Assembly: GCA_002688505.1 (NCBI GenBank)
Contig: CP024013.1
Coordinates: 210,001-242,000, forward strand
Direction: 5' to 3'
Length of the DNA stretch: 32,000 nucleotides
From: Candidatus Saccharimonadota bacterium
Lineage (GTDB): Bacteria; Pseudomonadota; Gammaproteobacteria; Enterobacterales; Enterobacteriaceae
The notes under the pieces are model-generated. The model was not told the origin of the DNA and ran no database searches. It was given only the letters and a program-made list of their open reading frames with translations. Below are positions 25,095 through 32,000 of this stretch, one piece after another (within the stretch, counting starts at the first letter, position 1; each line of letters begins with the position of its first letter). The position numbers and the translations under genes were made by a program.

Positions 25095-25169
25095 TTTTTT
25101 TAAATTTTATTTAATATTTATAATTTAAATTATTATATTATTAATAATATATAATATTATAAATTATTT
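25095..25169. promoter_or_regulatory. Divergent rpmH/dnaA intergenic spacer (75 bp); presumed promoter region and possibly origin-proximal
   Basis: This is the only noncoding DNA between the rpmH-rnpA-yidC-mnmE block (-) and dnaA-dnaN-gyrB (+). It is composed of A and T only. No specific element could be called. Confidence 0.3.
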
Positions 25170-26612
25170 ATGTGTAAATATGGGGTTATTTTGTTAAAAA
25201 ATTTATGAAATAAATGTTTATTAGAGTTAAAAAAATATATATCTATTTATGAATTTAATATTTGGATATTACCCTTACAGGTATTAATTTATAATAATAT
25301 TATAAATTTATATTCTCCTAATAAATTTGTTATTAAACATATTAAAAAAAATTATTTAATTTATATAAATAATTTTTTTTTAAAATATTGAAAATATAAA
25401 AGAATAAAACCTATTTTAAATTTTTTAATTGGAAGTATAAATAATAGTAATAAAAATAATTTATTTAAAAATAATTTTATTTATTTAAATAGTAAAAAAA
25501 ATAAATATAATTCATATGATTTTAAAGAATTTAATAATTTTAATTTATTAAAGAAGTATAGTTTTGATAATTTTATATATAATAAATCTAATATTTATGC
25601 ATATAAAAAATCCATAAAAATATGTAATTTAAATAGTAATTTTAAGTATTTATTTATTTATTCAAAAGTTGGTTTAGGTAAAACTCATTTATTAAATTCT
25701 ATAGGTAATAGGATTAATTATTTATATAATGGTAAAAAAAGTATTTTTTATATAAATATGAAAGTCTTTTTAAGTAAAATTGAATATTTTTTATATAAAA
25801 ATTTAATTGAAAATTTTATATTTTATTTAAAATCTTTTTCTATTTTTTTAATTGATGATATACAATTTTTATATAATAAAAAATTAATTCAAAATAAATT
25901 TTTAAATATATTTAATATGTTATTTAAATATAATAAATTTATAATTTTAACATCTAATTGTAATGTAAATAAATTAAAAGGTATAAATAATGAAATAATT
26001 TCTAAATTGTATTATAATTTTGTATTTATAAAAATTAATAATTGTGATATAAATTTAAGGTATAAATTTTTAATTAGTAAGTGTAAATATATTAATTTTT
26101 GTTTAGATAAAAAAATATTATATTTTATATCTGAATATTTAAATTCAAATTTTTATGAATTAGAAAATATATTATATTTAATATATGTAAATGCTATTAA
26201 TTTAAATTATATTAATAAAATAAATATTAATTTTATTAAATATATATTATATAAATTTATTTTAAATAATAGTAATTATAATTTAAATGTTAAAATATAT
26301 GATATACAAAAAGTAGTTTGTAATTATTATAATATAACTATTGATAATTTATTGTCTAAATATCGTTATAAATCTTTTGTATGACCAAGACAAATATCAA
26401 TAGCTATAAGTAAAAAATTAACTAATTATAGTTTAATAAAGTTAGGATTATATTTTGGTGGTTTAAGTAATTCTTATATTTTATATTCTTATAATAAAAT
26501 AAAAAAATTATATATGAATAATTCTAAAGTTAAATTAGAATTTAATAATTTAATAAAACTTATTGTTTATTATAAAAATGAAATTTATTATAAAAAAAAA
26601 AAAATTAATTAA
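25170..26612 (+). CDS. dnaA: Chromosomal replication initiator DnaA, 480 aa, strongly diverged
   Basis: ATG 25170 is the first in-frame ATG after a TAA at 25152. The frame was checked through TGA 25206, 25389 and 26382 to TAA 26610-26612. LKNLWNKCLLELKKYISIYEFNIWILPLQ parallels E. coli [28 protein letters not shown]. Walker A is SKVGLGKTHLL and Walker B is FLIDDIQF. Domain IV reads IQKVVCNYYNITIDNLLSKYRYKSFVWPRQISIAISKKLTNYSL..LGLYFGG. Confidence 0.9.
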
Positions 26613-27723
26613 ATTTTTATCTAAATTTAATAGTTGTGTATCAATAAATCCTAAAAATCCTATTTTATCTAATATTTTATTATCATTAAATAAAAATTTT
26701 CTTTTTTTAATGGTTACTAATTTAGATATTGAAATAGGATATAGTTTATTTTTACCTAGTGAAAATATTTTAGATGTAGGTGATATTACAGTTAATATTA
26801 GAAAATTATATGATATATGTAAAACATTTCCTGAGAATAGTAATTTATTATTTAAGTCATATAATAATAAAATTAAAATTTTTTGTTTAAATAGTGTTTT
26901 ATCATTATCTATTTTACCTTCTTATGATTTTCCTATAATTAATAAAAATCAATTTAATTTTAAATATAAATTTATTATATATTCTTATTTATTTAAAGAT
27001 ATAATAAGTTCAATTTATTTTTCTATAGGTAATAATGATATTCATTGTTATTTAAATGGAATGTTAATAGAATATATTGATAATATTTTTTATTTTGTTA
27101 CAACTGATAGTTATCGTTTATCTATTTATAAAATTTATGATAATAATGATTTAATAGTAAAATATACTAAAAGTAAATTTAATTTTATTTTACCAAGAAA
27201 ATTGGTTATAGAATTATATAAATTATTAGATTTAATTAAAGATAATAAAAAGATTATTTTTGAAATTGATAATAATATTGTCAAAATTAATTTTGATAAT
27301 TTTATTATATATTCTAGTTTAATTGATGGTGATTTTCCAGATTATAAAAATGTTTTGGATTTAACTTATAATTGTTATAATTATATAGATTTAAATATAA
27401 AAGATTTTAAAAATTCTTTATTAAGATCTTCTATAATTAGTAGTTATTCATTTAATTATGTAACTTTAACTTTTAAAAAAGATTTATTAAAAATTTATTC
27501 TAATAATACATTTTCTGATGAGATTAAAGATATAATATATATTAATAATAATAATGATTTTTTTAAAATTAATTTAAATGTTAAATTTATATTAGATATA
27601 TTAAATGTTATTAAAGATTCATCAAAAATTAGATTTTATTTTAAAAATAGTAATTCAATAATTAAAATTGATGATATTAAAAATAAATATATAATATATA
27701 TGATAATGCCTATTAAATTATAA
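26578..27723 (+). CDS. dnaN: DNA polymerase III beta sliding clamp DnaN, 381 aa
   Basis: This is track ORF 26563-27723, but I prefer ATG 26578. That start gives MKFIIKKKKLIKFLSKF...NPILSNILLSL, like E. coli MKFTVEREHLLKPLQQV...LPILGNLLLQV (recalled). The C-terminus YIIYMIMPIKL parallels the E. coli ending VVMPMRL. It overlaps dnaA by 35 nt. Confidence 0.92.
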   Translation: MKFIIKKKKLIKFLSKFNSCVSINPKNPILSNILLSLNKNFLFLMVTNLDIEIGYSLFLPSENILDVGDITVNIRKLYDICKTFPENSNLLFKSYNNKIKIFCLNSVLSLSILPSYDFPIINKNQFNFKYKFIIYSYLFKDIISSIYFSIGNNDIHCYLNGMLIEYIDNIFYFVTTDSYRLSIYKIYDNNDLIVKYTKSKFNFILPRKLVIELYKLLDLIKDNKKIIFEIDNNIVKINFDNFIIYSSLIDGDFPDYKNVLDLTYNCYNYIDLNIKDFKNSLLRSSIISSYSFNYVTLTFKKDLLKIYSNNTFSDEIKDIIYINNNNDFFKINLNVKFILDILNVIKDSSKIRFYFKNSNSIIKIDDIKNKYIIYMIMPIKL

Positions 27724-27756
27724 TTAATTTTATTAAATTTTATTGTAGAGATAAAT

Positions 27757-30162
27757 ATGTTATTTAATAATTCTTATAATTCTTCTAATATTAAAGTTTT
27801 AAAAGGTTTAGATGCAGTTAGAAAACGTCCTGGTATGTATATTGGTGATACAGATGATGGTACTGGATTGCATCATATGGTTTTTGAAGTTATAGATAAT
27901 TCTATAGATGAATCTTTATCTGGTTTTTGTAAAAATATTTTTGTTAAAATATATAAAGATAATTCTATTTCTGTTTTAGATGATGGCAGAGGTATACCAG
28001 TAGATATACATAAAGATGAAAATATTTCTGCAGCTGAATTAATAATGACAGTATTACATGCTGGTGGGAAATTTGATAATAATTCTTATAAAATTTCTGG
28101 TGGTTTACATGGTGTTGGTGTTTCTGTAGTTAATGCTCTTTCAGAGAAATTAATATTAAAGGTTTATAGAAATAAAAAAATTTTTTATCAAGAATATAAT
28201 TATGGGGTTCCTTTATCAAAATTATATATAATAGGTAATACAATTTATAATGGAACTTATATAAGATTTTGGCCTGATAAAAGTATTTTTAAAAATTGTA
28301 TAAAATTTAAATATTCTATTTTATTTAAAAGATTAAATGAATTATCATTTTTAAATAATGGTTTGAATATAAGTTTAGTAGATAAAAGAAATAATAAATC
28401 TTTTTTGTTTAATAATAAAGGAGGTTTAAAATCATTTTTAAATTATATAATAGATAATAAAGTTGTTATAAATAATAAAAAATTTTATTTTTATTATATT
28501 AAAGATAATATGTCATTGGAAGTATCTAGTTGTTGATTAGATAATTCAAATTGTTCTATTTTATGTTTTACTAATAATATTCCTCAAATAGATGGAGGAA
28601 CTCATTTAATAGGTTTTAAATCTGCTATAACTCGTACTATAAATTTTTACATTAATAATGAATTTTTAAAAAAAAAAAATAAATTAAATGTTATAGGAAG
28701 AGATACTCAAGAAGGCTTATATGCTATAATTTCTATTAAATTTTTTAATCCTAAGTTTTCTTCTCAAACAAAAGATAAATTAATTTCTTCTGAAATTAAA
28801 AGTTTTGTTGAATCTTTGGTTATAAAAAATTTGTATGATTTTTTATTAGAAAATCCTAATGATGCTAAATTAATAATTAATAAAATAATTAATTCTTATA
28901 AGATTAGAGAATCTATTAAAAAATTTAGAGAAATATCCAAAAAAAAATCTAATTTAGATTTATTAAATATTTCTAATAAGTTAGCAGATTGTCAGGAAAA
29001 AAATCCTTTATATTCTGAAATTTTTTTAGTTGAAGGTGATTCTGCAGGAGGTTCAGCTAAACAAGGTAGAAATAGATTAAATCAAGCAGTATTGCCTTTA
29101 AAAGGTAAAATTTTAAATGTAGAAAAAACTAATTTAGATAAAATATTATCTTCAAATGAAATAAATATTTTAATTTCTGTTTTAGGTTGTGGTATAGATA
29201 ATAATGATTTTAATATAAATAAATTAAGATATAATAAAATTATTATTATGACTGATGCTGATGTTGATGGAGCACATATTCGTACTTTATTATTAACATT
29301 TTTTTATAGATATATGAAACAATTAATAATTAATGGAAATTTATATATTGCTAAACCTCCGTTATATAGAATACAAGATAAAAAAAATATATTATATGTT
29401 AATAATGAAAAAGATTTATTAAAAAATAAAATTTTATTTATTTTTAATAATATTAACATTTACAAAAAAAAAAATTTTATTTTATTAAAATCTAAATATT
29501 TAATTAAATTAGTTTTAATTTATATTAAATTTTTTAAAAATTTTAATAATTATAAATATAAATTTATAGATTTTTTATTGAATAAATTAATATTTTTTAA
29601 GCTTTTAAATATAAAAAATATAAATAAATATAATATTTGGTTAGATAGTTTTTTGTTTTATTTAAATGATAATAATTTAAATATAAAAGTAAATTGTGAT
29701 TTAATATTAAAAGATGATGTTTTTATAGGTTTTGATTTTAAAATTTTTAGTGGTTTTTATAGTGAAAATATTATTTTAAAAAAAAAATTTTTTAATAAAT
29801 ATTATATTAAAATTATTAATTTATGTAAAAATTTATATTTTTTTAAAAGTTATAATAAATTTTATGTTTTATTAAATAATAAAAAATATTATTTTAATAA
29901 TATATTAAATTTGATAAATTTCGTTTTAAAAATTAAGAGTAATAATATATATATTCAACGTTATAAAGGTTTAGGTGAAATGAATCCAGATCAGTTATGA
30001 AATACTACTATGAATCCAAAAAATAGATTTTTAATAAAAATTAATTTATCTAATTTAGAAACTTCTGATGTTTTATTTAAAATTTTAATGGGTGATAATG
30101 TAAAATTAAGAAAATCTTTTATTAAAAAATATTCTAATAAATTTAATAATAAAAATATTTAA
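27757..30162 (+). CDS. gyrB: DNA gyrase subunit B, 801 aa
   Basis: Track ORFs 27757-28536 and 28816-30000 share a frame. The interval between them was checked and contains only TGA 28534-28536. The frame continues past TGA 29998-30000 to TAA 30160-30162. The conserved N-terminal motifs are nearly identical to E. coli: [41 protein letters not shown]. Other motifs: [77 protein letters not shown]. Confidence 0.96.
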
Positions 30163-30168
30163 TTAAAT

Positions 30169-30241
30169 CTCCTCCGACTGGATTCGAACCAGTGACATAC
30201 GGATTAACAGTCCGTTGTTCTACCAACTGAACTACAGAGGA
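30169..30241 (-). tRNA. tRNA-Asn (anticodon GUU), no encoded CCA
   Basis: The reverse complement folds by eye as a cloverleaf: acceptor tcctctg/cggagga, D arm gttc-agttggta-gaac, anticodon arm acgga-ctGTTaa-tccgt, T arm actgg-ttcgaat-ccagt, discriminator g. It starts 6 nt after the gyrB stop. Confidence 0.9.
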
Positions 30242-30325
30242 ATATAAAGTTATTATATATTTAATATATTTTTTTGTCAAAATTTTTAGTTAATTTTTTA
30301 TATATTTATAGTATAATAATTTTAT

Positions 30326-30412
30326 AGTGGGATGTCTGAGTGGTTTAAAGAGCATGCTTGGAAAGCATGTATACTTTTATTAGTATCAAGGGTTCAAATC
30401 CCTTTCCCACTA
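30326..30412 (+). tRNA. tRNA-Ser (anticodon GGA), type II with long variable arm, no encoded CCA
   Basis: Acceptor agtggga/tcccact, anticodon arm catgc-ttGGAaa-gcatg, variable arm atact-tttatt-agtat, T arm aaggg-ttcaaat-ccctt, discriminator a. Folded by eye. Confidence 0.85.
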
Positions 30413-30452
30413 TTTAGTTTATATATTAAATAATTTTTTAAAAGGTATTTAA

Positions 30453-30710
30453 ATGGTAATTATACGTTTATCTCGTTATGGTAGAAAAAAGAGACCTTTT
30501 TATCATATTACTGTTTCAGATAATAGAAAGTTTAGAAATTCTAAATTTTTAGAAAAAATAGGGTTTTATAATCCTTTATTATCATTTAATTCTAAATATA
30601 GTATTTTTATTAATTTGGATAAATTTAACTTATGAATTAAACGTGGTGCTAAAGTTACTTGTAGAATTAAATATTTATTTAAAAAATATAAAAATTTATT
30701 AAAATTATAA
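30453..30710 (+). CDS. rpsP: 30S ribosomal protein S16, 85 aa
   Basis: This is track ORF 30453-30635 extended through TGA 30633-30635 to TAA 30708-30710. [41 protein letters not shown] matches E. coli [41 protein letters not shown] (recalled). The TGA aligns with the Trp of HWVGQGA. Confidence 0.94.
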
Positions 30711-30737
30711 TTTTTTTAAATTTTAATTATATAAAAT

Positions 30738-31430
30738 ATGTATATAAATTTAATTACTTTTAATCCTAATTTTTTTACATCTATTTTTAATAATGGTTTA
30801 ATTTATAAAGCTATTAAAAATAATATTGTAATTTTTAATTTTTTTAATCCAAGATTATTTTTAGATAAAAATGATAAAAATATAAATGATAAGATTTATG
30901 GAGGTGGTCCAGGTGTATTGATTAAACCTAAATTGTTATATTTATGTATAAGTAAAGCTAAAAAAGTATCTAATAATTATTGTATAATATATTTGTCTCC
31001 TCAAGGTAGTATAATTAATAAAAACATTTTAATAAAGTTATTAAAATATAAATCAATAATTCTAATATGTGGTCGTTATAGTGGTATAGATGAAAGAATT
31101 ATTAATAAATATGTTGATTTTGAAATATCTATTGGAGATTATGTTGTTAGTTGTGGTGAAATCTCATCAATAGTAATTATTGATATATTAATAAGAAATT
31201 TACCTGGAATTATAAATAATTTTTCTAATAATTATGATTCATTTAATTTTAATAAAGGATTATTAGGTTGTTCTAATTATACGAAACCAAAAATTTTTAA
31301 TGGAATGAAAGTACCTAAAGTATTATTATCTGGTAATCATAAAAAAATTTATAAATGAAAAATAAAAAGTTCATTTAAGAATACTATTAAAAAAAAATTT
31401 TATTTATTAAAAAAAATATATGAAAAATAA
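30738..31430 (+). CDS. trmD: tRNA (guanine37-N1)-methyltransferase TrmD, 230 aa
   Basis: This is track ORF 30738-31358 extended through TGA 31356-31358 to TAA 31428-31430. Motifs YGGGPGVLIKP, YLSPQGSIINK, LICGRYSGIDERI and LLSGNHKKIYKW are present. The TGA aligns with the Trp of E. coli LLSGNHAEIRRWR (recalled). Confidence 0.92.
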
Positions 31431-31761
31431 AATAATTAGTTATATAGAAAATAAACAAATGTTAAAAAAATTTTCTTTTTTTAATTCAGGATATTTTTTA
31501 GAAGTTAAAATTTGAGTAGTTGAGGGAAATAAAAAAAGAATACAATCATTTGAAGGATTAGTAATTTCTAAAAAAAATAGAGGTTTAAATACTTCTTTTA
31601 TATTAAGAAAAATATCTCATGGTATTGGTGTTGAAAGAGTTTTTCAGTTATATTCTCCAATAATATATGATATTATAATAAAAAAAATTAGAAGATTTAA
31701 AAAATCAAAGTTATATTATTTACGTTATAATAATAAAAAATTTTTGCGTAGTTTAAATTAA
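31420..31761 (+). CDS. rplS: 50S ribosomal protein L19, 113 aa
   Basis: Absent from the track because TGA 31513-31515 splits it. Translated directly: [80 protein letters not shown].... This parallels E. coli L19 ([60 protein letters not shown], recalled). The stop is TAA 31759-31761. It overlaps trmD by 11 nt. Confidence 0.94.
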
Positions 31762-31762
31762 A

Positions 31763-32000
31763 ATGTTTTTAAATAAGAAATTATATAGATTATTAGTTTG
31801 TGTAGAATATAATGGTAGTAATTATCATGGTTTTCAAAGACAATTAAATTATAAAAAAAGATTAACTATACAAGAAGTAATAGAAAAAGTTTTAACAAAA
31901 ATTACTAGGGATAAAATTAAAATATTTTGTGCTAGTAGAACTGATTCAGGTGTACATAGTATAGGTCAAATTTTTCATTTTGATACTAATTTATATAAAA
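31763..32000 (+). CDS. truA: tRNA pseudouridine(38-40) synthase TruA, N-terminal 79 codons (3' end is beyond the window)
   Basis: The ATG at 31763 lies 1 nt after the rplS stop. [18 protein letters not shown]...[22 protein letters not shown] matches the TruA signature (IEYDGSKYYGWQRQ...[22 protein letters not shown], recalled), including the catalytic Asp in RTD. Confidence 0.9.
   Translation, partial: MFLNKKLYRLLVCVEYNGSNYHGFQRQLNYKKRLTIQEVIEKVLTKITRDKIKIFCASRTDSGVHSIGQIFHFDTNLYK

Noticed and set aside
26563-26577. TTG start for dnaN as drawn in the track (MFIIKM...).
   Set aside because: The ATG at 26578 gives MKF..., matching the canonical DnaN N-terminus. The TTG extension adds nothing homologous.
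30274-30317. Promoter-like hexamers upstream of tRNA-Ser: TTGTCA at 30274-30279 and TATAAT at 30312-30317.
   Set aside because: The spacing is 32 nt, not about 17. TATAAT-like hexamers occur by chance everywhere in this composition, so no promoter call is defensible from sequence alone.

Overview
The window is extremely AT-rich (roughly 85-90% A+T by eye, not computed) and almost fully coding, about 97% by my coordinates. The standard-code ORF track fragments nearly every gene because TGA is a sense codon here (Trp, translation table 4). Reading through TGA gives 28 protein genes and 2 tRNAs, all housekeeping. In order: recC (5' partial), recB, recD (+); holA, leuS, rne (-); rluC, rpmF (+); murJ, sufE, sufS, sufD, sufC, sufB, ldhA (-); ruvX (+); rluD, mnmE, yidC, rnpA, rpmH (-); dnaA, dnaN, gyrB (+); tRNA-Asn (-), tRNA-Ser (+); rpsP, trmD, rplS, truA (3' partial) (+). 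Gene order resembles that of free-living Proteobacteria (rne/rluC divergent, leuS-holA, sufBCDSE, rpmH-rnpA-yidC-mnmE beside dnaA-dnaN-gyrB, rpsP-trmD-rplS). Small genes have dropped out, and many neighbouring genes overlap. This looks like an obligate insect endosymbiont with a tiny genome; a Zinderia/Nasuia-like betaproteobacterium is my unverified guess. I found no mobile element, CRISPR array, defence island or unassigned ORF cluster, and no intergenic gap exceeds 211 bp, so I cannot support a novel accessory system. Second-look items: (1) sufS is the only broken gene, split by a frame change inside an A13 tract while the other five suf genes are intact; (2) DnaA has an intact ORF but substitutions at the DnaA-box contact residues and both key AAA+ arginines, with no DnaA box nearby; (3) a fossil ATGA stop/start overlap left by the codon reassignment; (4) domain-stripped RNase E, YidC and HolA; (5) very long in-frame poly(A) tracts in essential genes.
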